Shown: positions 42,047 to 51,515, counted from the stretch's first letter. The stretch: DNA of 64,000 nt from an uncultured Chloroflexia bacterium (GCA_963835845.1 CAWIGT010000001.1:470122-534121), one strand, 5' to 3'. Program-made: numbers and translations. Notes: generated from the letters alone by a model not told the origin.

Positions 42047-42896
42047 GTGCCTGACACGGGCGGGACGCCTCCGACCCGACCGGCCCCCACGGCCGGCGTC
42101 TGCCGGGTCCTGATGATCGGCGACGTCATCGGCAAGCCCGGCCGTGTGGCCGTCGAGCCGCTGCTGCCGGGCCTGCGCAGCGAGCGTGGACATCGACTTC
42201 GTCACGGCCAACGGCGAGAACCTCGCCGGCGGCATGGGCCTGACCGCCTCCACCGCCGAGGCGCATGTTCCGGTCGGGCGTCGACGTCATCACCTCGGGC
42301 AACCACATCTGGGACAAGCGCGAGATCTACCCGAGCTCGAGCACGAGGAGCGCATCCTGCGGCCGCTCAACTACGGGACCGATGGCGTTCCGGGGCGGGG
42401 CTGGGGCGTCTTCCACGCGGCCGACGGCACCGAGGTGGCGGTCATCAACTTCCAGGGTCGCACGTACATGCATCCCGATCGAGAACCCGTTCACCGACGT
42501 TCGACCGGCTGCTCGAGCAGGCCTCCGAGCCGCTGCCGCCCGTCCGCGTCGTGGACTTCCACTGCGAGCTCACCAGCGAGAAGAACGCGTTCGGCATTCA
42601 CCTCGACGGCCGCGCATGCGCGGTCGTGGGAACGCACACCCACGTCGTCACCGCCGACGAGCGGATCCTGCCCAGGGGCACGGCTTACCAGTCAGACCTC
42701 GGCATGGTCGGACCCGATCCACAGCGTCATCGGCTTCGATCCAGCCACGGTCCTGCCGCGCTTCATAAACGGCCTGCCCACGCGCTTCGAGGTCGCGACA
42801 GGGCCCGTGGTCTTCAACTCGTGCCAGATCGACGTCGATCCGGCCAGCGGTCGCGCCGTTGCAGTCGAGCGAATTCAGCGGATCGTCGAGGTCTGA
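42047..42896 (+). pseudogene. ymdB: YmdB-family metallophosphoesterase (TIGR00282-like), ~6 frameshifts; start uncertain
   Basis: [73 protein letters not shown] and SDLGMVGP are spread over three frames. It follows rny, as in Bacillus. Confidence 0.75.
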
Positions 42897-42897
42897 C

Positions 42898-43953
42898 ATG
42901 CCCGACAACCTGACCCCGGCCGCCCCGGAGGGTGTGCGGACGCGTGCCCGGGAACAGGTCGTCGCCGCGGATGCGGGCGAGGCAGCGTTGCAGGCCGAGA
43001 CGCGGTCGCAGCGGTTCAAGGATCGGGCCAATCGCGCCATGAGCGGCCCGGCTGTCGTGCCGCCGTACCCGTCGCGAGTTGATCTCCACACACATAGCCG
43101 GCGCTCCGACGGCGTCATGGAGCCGATGGCGCTCGTCCAGGCGGCCGCCGCTGCGGGGGTTCGCGTCCTGGCGCTGTCCGACCACGACACGCTCGCCGGG
43201 GCGCGCGAGCTCTGCCGACCGGGGGCGCCCGAGCTACCGCTGGAACTGGTGCCCGGGGTCGAGATCAACAGTGTCGCCACGGGGATCGACGATCTCTGGG
43301 AAGGCGAGCTGCACATCCTCGGGCTGGGAGTCGATCCGGACGACGACGAGTTCGAGGCGGCTCTGGAGCGCCAACGCCAATCTCGATCGGTACGATTCGC
43401 GATGATGCTGGCTCGCCTGCGCGAGCTCGGTCTTCCGGTCGACCTGCAGGCGGACAGGTTCGCGCTGGAACCCGGCTCGTCGCTGGGCCGACCGCAGGTC
43501 GCCCGAATGCTCGTGGAGGCCGGGCACGCGCCGTCGGTCGACGCGGCCATGCAGGAGCTCCTGGCCCGCGGCAGACCGGCATACATTCCGCGCCACGGTC
43601 TCGGGCCGCGCGACGCCATCGCCGCGATCAGAGCCGGCGGCGGACTGCCCACGCTGGCGCATTTCGCCGACGCACCCGAGCGGCGCAGCCTCGTGGCGGA
43701 CCTGGTCGCGATCGGGCTGGGCGGGCTCGAGGTCCACTACCGCCACTTCGACGCTGACAGCGTTGCGGAAATGGCGGCCCTGGCGAGCGAGCAGCGCCTG
43801 GTTCCAACCGGCGGCAGCGATTATCACGGCGACGGCCTGACCTACGCCGAGGCCCACGCCGCGCTCTTCGTGCCGGACGAGGATGCGGTCGCGCTGTTCG
43901 GGGCGCTGGGCCGGCCGCACGAAGCCGCGGCGGGGCAGGGGAGCCCGAAGTGA
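42898..43953 (+). CDS. PHP-domain phosphoesterase (TrpH/YciV-like)
   Basis: [23 protein letters not shown], ...AHF..., GGSDYHG. Intact. ATG lies 1 nt after the ymdB stop. Confidence 0.75.
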   Translation: MPDNLTPAAPEGVRTRAREQVVAADAGEAALQAETRSQRFKDRANRAMSGPAVVPPYPSRVDLHTHSRRSDGVMEPMALVQAAAAAGVRVLALSDHDTLAGARELCRPGAPELPLELVPGVEINSVATGIDDLWEGELHILGLGVDPDDDEFEAALERQRQSRSVRFAMMLARLRELGLPVDLQADRFALEPGSSLGRPQVARMLVEAGHAPSVDAAMQELLARGRPAYIPRHGLGPRDAIAAIRAGGGLPTLAHFADAPERRSLVADLVAIGLGGLEVHYRHFDADSVAEMAALASEQRLVPTGGSDYHGDGLTYAEAHAALFVPDEDAVALFGALGRPHEAAAGQGSPK

Positions 43954-45647
43954 CCGGCCGATCCATCGCCGACCTGGCCGGCCGGTTGACGGCAGTGGCG
44001 CCGCCCGGAACTCTCGCCGATGCGCCGGCAGTCGCCGTCGGCCTCTCGGAGTTTCGGCCCGAAACCGTGAGCCTGCCGAGCTTCTTCATGTGGACCCTCG
44101 GCTGCCAGATGAACATGAGCGACTCCGAGGAGATGGCCGGCCAGCTGCTGGCTGCGGGTTGCAGCCGGGCTGCATCGATGGACACGGCCGATCTCGTCGT
44201 CATCAACACTTGCGCCGTTCGCGAACACGCCGAGGCCAAGGTAATCGGCCGCCAGGGCATGCTCGCCGACCTCAAGCGAGCTCGCCCCGGCATGCGAGTC
44301 GTGCTGACCGGCTGCGGCGTCCGTGAGGCCGAACGCACCGGCCTGGCCCGTCGGTTCCCGGCCGTCGACATGTTCCTGCGGCCGGACGAGGAGCCGGAAC
44401 TGGCCCTGCGTCTGGGTCTGGTCTCCGCCCAGGCCCCCATCGGACTGCAGACCGTGGCCACGGCGGCCACGACTGTCCTGGGCGGGCGCCCGGTCAGCGC
44501 CGCCGACCGCCTGGCCGCCTCCCGGGCCAGTGCCCTGTCCGAGAACCGCGTGGCCCGCTCGTCGAAGATTTCGGCGTGGCTGCCGATCGTCTACGGCTGC
44601 GACAAGACGTGCACTTACTGCATCGTGCCGTTCAGCCGCGGACCGGAGCGTAGCCGCCCATTCGACGACATCGTGGCCGAAGCGGCCGATATCGCCGCGG
44701 CCGGCTTCCGCGAACTGACGCTTCTCGGCCAGAACGTGAACAGCTACGGCCACGATCTGCCGGCGGAAGAGCGCTTCGGCCATATCGCCACGGAAAGGTC
44801 GGCCGGCCGGCGGCTGGACCTGCGCTCCCGGCCCGACCTGGCCGAGCTTCTGTGCGCCATCGACAGCATCCGCGACGCCGCCGGGCGCCCGGCCATCTCG
44901 CGCCTGCGCTTCATCACCTCGCACCCATGGGACCTCTCGGACCGCCTGATCGATGCCATGGCGACCTGCGACTCCGTTGCGGAACACCTGCATCTGCCGA
45001 TCCAGTCGGGCGACGACGCAATGCTCCAGCGCATGGGCCGCCAGTACACCATCGGCCACTACAAGGAGCGACTGGCGCGCATCCGCGACGCCGTGCCGGG
45101 TATCGCCGTCTCGACGGACGTAATCGTGGGCTTCTGCGGCGAGACCGAGGAGCAGTTTCAGGCAACGCTCCGCGTCCTGGAGGAGATCCGCTACGACACC
45201 GTGTTCGCGGCAGCGTACTCGCCACGACCGGGGACGCCGGCGCTGCGCATGGCCGACGACGTGCCGCCGGCGGTGAAGCGCCGCCGTCTGAACGAGCTGC
45301 TCGCCGTCCAGGAGAAGATCGGGCTCGAACTCAACCGGCAGTGGCAGGGCCGCGACGTCGAAGTACTGGTAGATCGGGTCACGCCGCCGCGGCGGCACCT
45401 GGAGCCGGCCGACGTCGATGCCGACGACGGAGACGAATCGGCCCCGGCCTTCCCGGTTCTCGCCGGCAGCGCCGGCGAGGGCAGTGTGGCCCTGTCGGGC
45501 CGGACGCGCCACAACAAGCTGGTCCATCTCGCCGGCGACCCGGCGCTGGTCGGCCACCTGGTGCGGGTCCACGTCGAACACGCCGGGCCGTTCGCCATGC
45601 GGGGCCGCCTCGTCGAAGCCGCCGAAGTGGCCGATGTCCTCGCCTGA
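43950..45647 (+). CDS. miaB: tRNA (i6A37) methylthiotransferase MiaB
   Basis: UPF0004 domain (LGCQMNMSDSE...INTCAVRE), radical-SAM CDKTCTYC and a TRAM domain. Intact. GTG overlaps the upstream stop. Confidence 0.9.
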   Translation: MTGRSIADLAGRLTAVAPPGTLADAPAVAVGLSEFRPETVSLPSFFMWTLGCQMNMSDSEEMAGQLLAAGCSRAASMDTADLVVINTCAVREHAEAKVIGRQGMLADLKRARPGMRVVLTGCGVREAERTGLARRFPAVDMFLRPDEEPELALRLGLVSAQAPIGLQTVATAATTVLGGRPVSAADRLAASRASALSENRVARSSKISAWLPIVYGCDKTCTYCIVPFSRGPERSRPFDDIVAEAADIAAAGFRELTLLGQNVNSYGHDLPAEERFGHIATERSAGRRLDLRSRPDLAELLCAIDSIRDAAGRPAISRLRFITSHPWDLSDRLIDAMATCDSVAEHLHLPIQSGDDAMLQRMGRQYTIGHYKERLARIRDAVPGIAVSTDVIVGFCGETEEQFQATLRVLEEIRYDTVFAAAYSPRPGTPALRMADDVPPAVKRRRLNELLAVQEKIGLELNRQWQGRDVEVLVDRVTPPRRHLEPADVDADDGDESAPAFPVLAGSAGEGSVALSGRTRHNKLVHLAGDPALVGHLVRVHVEHAGPFAMRGRLVEAAEVADVLA

Positions 45648-46605
45648 CCGCGATTCGGACGGCAGATCCGGCGCGGGCAGGCCGCCTCTGGTCGTCGTCG
45701 CCGGCGCTACCGCCACCGGCAAGACGTCACTGTCCATCGCCCTGGCAGAGGCGCTGGCCGCGCGCTCGATGCCCGCCGAGATAATCTCGGCCGATTCACG
45801 CCAGGTTTATCGGGGCATGGACATCGGCACGGCCAAGGCGAGTCGAGAACAGCGGGCCGCCGTTCCCCACCACTGCCTCGATCTCATCGATCCCGACCAG
45901 CCCTTCAGCGTCGCCGATTTCACGGCCCACGCCGGCACGGCACTGGAGGGCGTCGCGGAACGAGGCGCCGTCGCCATCCTCGCCGGCGGAACGGGCTTCT
46001 ATCTCCGTGCCGTGGCTCGGGGCATGGCCGTCGACGAATTGCCGTGGAACGCCGACGTGCGGGCCGACGTCGAAGCGACCCTGGCCGCACGTGGCCTGCC
46101 CGCGTTGGTGGGGGAGCTGCGCGAACTCGCCCCGACTCGCGCCGCGACCGTGGATCTCCGCAATCCGCGGCGCGTGGTCCGTGCCGTCGAGATCGCTCGA
46201 TTGCAGGGAGACGCGCCGCTCCCCATGCCGCGGGGTTACGGGCGGCCCGTCCTGTGGCTTGGCCTCAGCGTGTCCCATCCGGTCCTGCGCGCCCGCATCT
46301 ACGCCCGCGCTCGGTTGCAGTTCGACGCCGGCCTGGTCGAGGAGACGCGCAGTCTCGTTGCCCGCTTCGACCCGAGCGCGCCGAGTTTCTCTGGCATCGG
46401 CTACGCGGAAGCGCGGGCGGTCATCGCCGGCAGCATGTCGCCGGAGCAGGCGATCGCTGAGGACGCTCGCCGCAATGTGCTATTTGCGCGCCGCCAGGCC
46501 ACGTGGTTCCGGCGCGAGCCCGACGTCTGCTGGCTGGCCGCGACTGTGGAGCCGCCGCTGGCCGAGGCGCTCGCCGCGACTCTGGCCTACCTCGATAGCC
46601 GGTAA
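45634..46605 (+). CDS. miaA: tRNA dimethylallyltransferase MiaA
   Basis: VVVAGATATGKTSLSIALA, ISADSRQVYRGMDIGTAK, VPHH. ATG 45634 overlaps the miaB end by 14 nt. Confidence 0.85.
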   Translation: MSSPDRDSDGRSGAGRPPLVVVAGATATGKTSLSIALAEALAARSMPAEIISADSRQVYRGMDIGTAKASREQRAAVPHHCLDLIDPDQPFSVADFTAHAGTALEGVAERGAVAILAGGTGFYLRAVARGMAVDELPWNADVRADVEATLAARGLPALVGELRELAPTRAATVDLRNPRRVVRAVEIARLQGDAPLPMPRGYGRPVLWLGLSVSHPVLRARIYARARLQFDAGLVEETRSLVARFDPSAPSFSGIGYAEARAVIAGSMSPEQAIAEDARRNVLFARRQATWFRREPDVCWLAATVEPPLAEALAATLAYLDSR

Positions 46606-46642
46606 ACGGGTGCCCGTCCGCGTTCGGCTATCCTGAGCCGCT

Positions 46643-47971
46643 ATGACACGAGACCTCATCGATCTGACCGCGCCGGTCGAGCGCGCGTTCCTGGTGGCCG
46701 TGGACCGCGGCGAGGATCCGGGTTGGACCGCCGAGGAGTCGATCGGCGAGCTGGCCAGCCTGGCCGACACCGCCGGAGCCGAGGTCGTGGGGGCCGAATG
46801 GCAGAACCGCCGCCATGTCGACCCCAACTGGTACGTGGGCAAGGGCAAAGTAGACGAGCTGGTCGCCGCCAAGTCGGAAACCGGCTACACCGTCCTGATC
46901 GCCGACGACGAGCTCTCGCCGGCGCAGCAGCGCGCGCTCGAGGAGGCCGTCAAGACCAAGGTCATCGATCGCTCGCGCCTGATCCTCGACATCTTCGCCC
47001 AGCACGCCCAGACGCACGAAGGCCGCCTGCAGGTCGAGCTCGCCCAGCTCGAATACCAGCTTCCGCGGCTGACGAAGATGTGGACCCACCTTTCGCGAAC
47101 AGGTGGTGGCATCGGCACTCGAGGTCCCGGCGAATCACAGCTGGAAACGGACCGTCGCCTGGTCCGCGAACGGATCAAGAAGTTCAAGGAGCGCGTCGAG
47201 CAGGTTGCCGAGCAGCGCCGCACGGCGACTCGTGCGCGCGATCGGCGGCTTTACCCGACGGTCGCCATCGTCGGCTATACGAACGCCGGCAAGTCGACAC
47301 TCCTGAACTCGCTCGTCGGCCAGGTCGTCGCCAGGGCGGAGGATCGACTCTTCGCCACGCTCGATCCCACCTCGCGGCAGGTGAAGCTCGGCGAGGGTCA
47401 GACGGCGATCGTGACCGACACGGTGGGCTTCATCCACAAGCTGCCGCACCAGCTGGTCGATGCCTTCCGTGCCACGCTGGAGGAAGTCACGCGGGCCGAC
47501 GTTCTGGTCGAGATCGTCGACGCCTCGGACCGCCACTTTGCCGAACACCGCACCACGGTCCAGACCGTCCTCGAAGAGCTGGGCGCGGGCGACAAACCCC
47601 GATTCGTGGCTTTCAACAAGGCCGACCTGATCGAAGCGGCCGCCAAAGACGGCGACACGCCCGCTCCTGCGATCGCCGGCCAGGTGCTCATCTCGGCCAG
47701 GACCGGCTATGGACTCGAGACGCTCAAGGCCGAGCTTTCCGCTCTTCTGGCGTCGCTCTGGGTGGACGTGGACGTGGCGGTGCCCTACCGCGCCGGCGAG
47801 TTGCTGGCCCGCGTCCGCGAGCGGGGCACCGTGGAGCTCGACTACCGGCCTTCCGACGTTCGAGTGACCGGCCGGGTCAGCCCGCCGCTCGCCGGCGAAC
47901 TCGAAGCCGTGGCCGATCGCTGGCGCGAATCGCTTCGCGACGGCAGCGACGCAGACGGCCTGCGGTCCTGA
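46643..47971 (+). CDS. hflX: GTPase HflX
   Basis: LILDIFAQHAQTHEGRLQVELAQL, GPGESQLE, G1 GYTNAGKST, DTVGF, NKAD. Confidence 0.9.
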   Translation: MTRDLIDLTAPVERAFLVAVDRGEDPGWTAEESIGELASLADTAGAEVVGAEWQNRRHVDPNWYVGKGKVDELVAAKSETGYTVLIADDELSPAQQRALEEAVKTKVIDRSRLILDIFAQHAQTHEGRLQVELAQLEYQLPRLTKMWTHLSRTGGGIGTRGPGESQLETDRRLVRERIKKFKERVEQVAEQRRTATRARDRRLYPTVAIVGYTNAGKSTLLNSLVGQVVARAEDRLFATLDPTSRQVKLGEGQTAIVTDTVGFIHKLPHQLVDAFRATLEEVTRADVLVEIVDASDRHFAEHRTTVQTVLEELGAGDKPRFVAFNKADLIEAAAKDGDTPAPAIAGQVLISARTGYGLETLKAELSALLASLWVDVDVAVPYRAGELLARVRERGTVELDYRPSDVRVTGRVSPPLAGELEAVADRWRESLRDGSDADGLRS

Positions 47972-48052
47972 GGTCTGGCCAGCTGCTTCGGCCGCCGGGT
48001 CCCACGGGCGGCGGCCGGCCCGCCCGGCACGGAGGTGGCGGAGGAGGGGCGT

Positions 48053-48485
48053 ATAGAACGTCCGTTTTCATACAATCGCCGCAGGCGGCACGTTACCCAC
48101 TACCCGTGTTGGTAGTGCGTGGACAACTGTCAAAACTCCTGCCTCCGCAGCCGAAACTGGTGGATAAGCCACTTCCTGTCGGGGCCGCCGAAGCCTAGAT
48201 TACGTCTTGCCCGGAGGGGCCAGCGAGATCGACACCAGGCCAGCGGTTCTGGCGGAAACGGTGCCAACGATCTGCGTGAGAACTCAAGAGCCCGCAACGG
48301 TTTTTGGGAAGGATCGCAGGACGTACACCGCGGAAACCCGAATGTAGAGGGCCAGGTGGCAGGTTCGGCAGTGGCCGGAGCGCGGTCCGCCGCTTTGAGT
48401 GAGAGGTCTTCGGATCCCTTGCTCGCGGTGGTCGAAGCGGCCGGAACACGCGGACCCGCAGTCCGATCGAACGGTTCCTCCGGGC
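48053..48485 (+). ncRNA. Candidate structured non-coding element E1 (paralog of 49411-49657), function unknown
   Basis: It sits in a 634-nt gap with no credible ORF. Conserved blocks are shared with E2. GCCCGGAGG (48209-48217) is complementary to CCUCCGGGC (48477-48485) and encloses ~260 nt of nested helices, including a UUCG-capped hairpin. Confidence 0.3.
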
Positions 48486-48605
48486 GCTTCGTTGTGCCCG
48501 GAAGCTGGCCGCGCACTGCCTCGACGGCTGTCCGGGTGCCGGCCGAGCGGAGTGGGGGATAGAGGCGGTATCCTCGGCGCGACCCTCTACACAGCCAGGA
48601 AGTCG

Positions 48606-49364
48606 ATGCCGTCCGCCCAACCCAGCATCTGGATCATCGTCCCGACCTACAACGAACGCGACAACGTCGGTCCAATCACCGACGCCGTCCTCGAGGCCGT
48701 GCCCGACGCGCACGTTCTGATAGTGGACGATGGATCTCCCGACGGGACGGGCGAACTTGCCGACGAGATGGCTCGCGCCAACCCGGCGATTTCCGTCCTG
48801 CACCGGCAGGCCAAGCAGGGGCTCGGTCGGGCGTATGTCGCCGCTTTCGCCGACTTGCTGGCGCGCGACGCCGACATCGTCGTCCAGATCGACGCCGACT
48901 TCAGTCATCCGGTACGGTTCCTGCCGGCCCTGCTGGAACCTCTACGTACCGGGAAGGCGGACCTGATCCTGGGATCTCGGTACGTCAAGGGCGGCCAGAT
49001 TCCGCGCTGGAACCTCATGCGGCGCCTGATCAGCCGCGGCGGCAGCGTCTTCGCCGGGATCGTCCTGCTGATGCCGTATCGCGACCTCACCGGCGGCTTC
49101 AAAGCCTGGCGCGCCACGGTGCTCCGGGAAATCGACCTGGACCGGCTGCACGCGGGCGGATATGCGTTTCAGATCGAGACCACGTTCCAAGCCCGCCTGG
49201 CGGGGGCCCGCATCATCGAGGTTCCTATCACCTTCGAGGAGCGCCGCGTCGGCCAATCGAAGATGAGCATGAACATCTTCATGGAAGCGTTCCTGCTGGT
49301 CCTGGCCCTCCGGGTGACGACCCTCGGCAGGCGCCGCCGGCGCGCCCTGGCGGCCGACAGCTGA
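48606..49364 (+). CDS. GT2 polyprenol-phosphate mannosyltransferase (Ppm1/DPM1-like)
   Basis: WIIVPTYNERDN, VDDGSPDGT, QIDADFSHP, GSRYV, and a C-terminal TM helix. AGGA lies 5 nt before ATG 48606. Confidence 0.85.
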   Translation: MPSAQPSIWIIVPTYNERDNVGPITDAVLEAVPDAHVLIVDDGSPDGTGELADEMARANPAISVLHRQAKQGLGRAYVAAFADLLARDADIVVQIDADFSHPVRFLPALLEPLRTGKADLILGSRYVKGGQIPRWNLMRRLISRGGSVFAGIVLLMPYRDLTGGFKAWRATVLREIDLDRLHAGGYAFQIETTFQARLAGARIIEVPITFEERRVGQSKMSMNIFMEAFLLVLALRVTTLGRRRRRALAADS

Positions 49365-49410
49365 GATTCGGCGCCCGAGCCGGCGCGAAGTGCTCCTCGC
49401 TTCTGCGGCC

Positions 49411-49657
49411 ATAGAACACCCGTGCTGTTTCTGCGAACGTAGCCTGGCCCTGATTCGCCCGACTCTGTGTACGACCCGTGGGTAACGCCCCGGCGGCGGT
49501 CCTCGAGTTCGGAAACCCGTGGATAAGCTGGTTGGCGCGAGTTCCACGTGGGCCTATATTCGTTCTGCCCGGAGGGGCCACGGAAAACCGAACGACTCGA
49601 CCGATTCTCGGATCGGGCGAACGAAGCGGGGCCGCGGTTCCTCCGGGCGTTTTGTGT
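49411..49657 (+). ncRNA. Candidate non-coding element E2 (short paralog of E1), possible ~90-nt sRNA
   Basis: Same block order as E1. -35-like TTGGCG (49532-49537), 17 nt, then TATATT (49555-49560). GCCCGGAGG (49567-49575) pairs with CCUCCGGGC (49640-49648), followed by GUUUUGUGU. It lies between convergent genes. Confidence 0.3.
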
Positions 49658-49683
49658 CCCTCGCCGTCACATCCCCGTCACGC

Positions 49684-49720
49684 AGCGGCCCGCCGAGCTT
49701 CGAAGTGCCGGCGGGCCGCT
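49684..49720 (-). terminator. Candidate terminator hairpin downstream of the USP gene
   Basis: Perfect 12-bp stem AGCGGCCCGCCG/CGGCGGGCCGCU with a 13-nt loop, 11 nt past the stop. There is no clear U-tract. Confidence 0.4.
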
Positions 49721-49731
49721 CGATTCCCGGC

Positions 49732-50229
49732 CTAGAAGCCGCCGCGGACCAGGAGGACGGGCACGGGGGCGTGGTCGGCCACGAAACGAGCGACGTGGCC
49801 GACGCTCCTGGGGCCCGGCTCGGATGGCCCGGCCTGGGCGCGGGCGCACACGACGATCACGCCGACCGGAATTTGTCCGGCCGCGGCAACGATTTCCTGC
49901 TCGGGACGGCCATGCCGAATCTGCGTCGACAGAGTGGCGCGCGGAATGGCCGCCTCGAATTGCTCGCGCCAGGACGCGAGCAACGCCGACGAGCCCGCTT
50001 CGTCCGCCTCCTCGAGCCGATCCTCCGTGACATGCGGGGGCGGGCCGGGCCACAGCGGCCGGCGCAGCGGCGGATTTTGGCCGGCGAATGCCCGCGCCTC
50101 GGTGTCGACGACGTGCAACAGCACTATCTCCACGGCGGCCCCAGCACCGGCCACCCGCCGGACGAACTCGACGAGCCCGGGAACCTCGCTGCCGGCGATT
50201 GCGATGAGATATCGGAGTGACTCGCTCAT
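49732..50229 (-). CDS. Universal stress protein (UspA family)
   Basis: Read from MSESLRYLIAIAG... to the C-terminal ...GSVGHVARFVADHAPVPVLLVR USP motif. Confidence 0.75.
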   Translation of the reverse strand: MSESLRYLIAIAGSEVPGLVEFVRRVAGAGAAVEIVLLHVVDTEARAFAGQNPPLRRPLWPGPPPHVTEDRLEEADEAGSSALLASWREQFEAAIPRATLSTQIRHGRPEQEIVAAAGQIPVGVIVVCARAQAGPSEPGPRSVGHVARFVADHAPVPVLLVRGGF

Positions 50230-50237
50230 GGTGTGGC

Positions 50238-51515
50238 TCACCTCGGAATGCCCAGCAACAGCGCGACCGCAAGCGCCGCGAGAATCGTGACAGGCGTCAC
50301 GAGCAGGCCCACCCGAATGTAGCTCCACGAAGACACGACCAGGCCGCGCTGTCGCAGCAAGACGAACCACAGGAGCGTGGCCACGGAGCCTACGGGTGTC
50401 AAATTCGGCCCGAGATCGGCGCCGATGATCGTGCCGATGGCGGCGGCGTGGGCACTGCTCTGGCTCAGATCGGCGCTTTTGACGGCGTCGGCGAGCACGA
50501 AGGCCGCCGGTAGGTTATTGAAAAGGTTCGAGCCGACGGCCGCGGCCGCGGCCGAGATCGCCATCACCAGCGCCGGGTTATCCCGCCCCGGACCCAACAC
50601 CAGCCCAGCCAGCCAGGCGGTCACGCCGGCTCTTGAAAGGCCGTCGACCAGGAGTCCCATCGAGGCCACGAATATCAGGAGCGACCAGCCGATGCCCGCC
50701 AGCGGCATGACCCGCCTGCCGATGCCGCGTTCGACTACCAGCAGTGCCAGCCAGACCGCGGTGATCGCCGGCCCGAGCGGCAGGTCGGCCAGCGAGGCAA
50801 CCGCGAATGCCCCGGCGCCCAGGCCAAACGTGGCCAGCAGCGGCCTGGGAATGTCGCCGAACGACGCCCATGAATGCGCCGGGGGTGAGAGAGGGGAGCG
50901 GGCCCTCAGCTGGCGCCGATAAACGATCAGCAGGCAGGCAAGCAGGGTCACGACCGCGGCCAGGGCGGCCGGTAGAAGCACGGGCACGAGCCCGATCGGG
51001 CTCTGCCCAAGCTGGTCGGTCACGATCACGTTGACGGGATTGCCGGTGGGAAGCGCGAGCGACGCGGCATCGGCCACGAACGTGCAGGCCAGCACGTAGG
51101 GCAGCGGCTCCAGACCGAACTTCGTGACGATCACGTAGACCACGGGCGTCAGGACGAGAGCCGCCGCATCGTTGGACAGGGCGGCGGCCACCACGGCTCC
51201 GACGATGACGACGGCGACCATCAGGCGCCTCGGGCGCCCCTGCGACCAGCGCGCGGTCAGACCGGCCAGAGCGTCGAATAGATGGCTTCTCTCGGCGGCA
51301 GCTGCGGTTCCCGTGAGCCCCAGGAAGAAGAGGAGGACATTCCAATGGCTCGCCACGCTGTCGAACGCCGAGGCGGGAGCCTCAAGACCCAGCAGCACCA
51401 TCGCAGCGGCCCCTGCTAGCGCCGCCCGGGCTTCAGTCAGTCGCTTCGGCCGCGCAATCACTAGAGCGATCGTCGCCAGGAAGACGACGACGGCCAAAGG
51501 CGCCGCGCCCGTCAT
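50238..51515 (-). CDS. ArsB/NhaD-superfamily permease (YbiR/citrate-transporter-like)
   Basis: 425 aa, ~11-12 TM helices, with SNDAAALVLTPV and IGADLGPNLTPVGS repeats typical of the family. Confidence 0.7.
   Translation of the reverse strand: MTGAAPLAVVVFLATIALVIARPKRLTEARAALAGAAAMVLLGLEAPASAFDSVASHWNVLLFFLGLTGTAAAAERSHLFDALAGLTARWSQGRPRRLMVAVVIVGAVVAAALSNDAAALVLTPVVYVIVTKFGLEPLPYVLACTFVADAASLALPTGNPVNVIVTDQLGQSPIGLVPVLLPAALAAVVTLLACLLIVYRRQLRARSPLSPPAHSWASFGDIPRPLLATFGLGAGAFAVASLADLPLGPAITAVWLALLVVERGIGRRVMPLAGIGWSLLIFVASMGLLVDGLSRAGVTAWLAGLVLGPGRDNPALVMAISAAAAAVGSNLFNNLPAAFVLADAVKSADLSQSSAHAAAIGTIIGADLGPNLTPVGSVATLLWFVLLRQRGLVVSSWSYIRVGLLVTPVTILAALAVALLLGIPR

Noticed and set aside
48053-48485. 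Known housekeeping RNAs (RNase P RNA, tmRNA, SRP RNA, cobalamin riboswitch) for the region lacking a credible ORF
   Set aside because: No GAGGAAAGUCCGGGC or ACAGAACCCGGCUUA (RNase P). No tRNA-like T-arm/CCA end or tag ORF (tmRNA). No GGAAGCAGC domain IV (SRP). Only a vague CCCGCAAC resemblance to the B12 box, without the rest of that motif. cmscan is still needed.
47972-48605. Replication origin (oriC) hypothesis, based on DnaA-box-like sequences in a long non-coding gap
   Set aside because: There is only one 8/9 box plus two or three weaker ones. There is no AT-rich unwinding element, no dnaA/dnaN nearby, and the best box is duplicated with its whole context 1.36 kb away. A regulatory or RNA-module explanation fits better.
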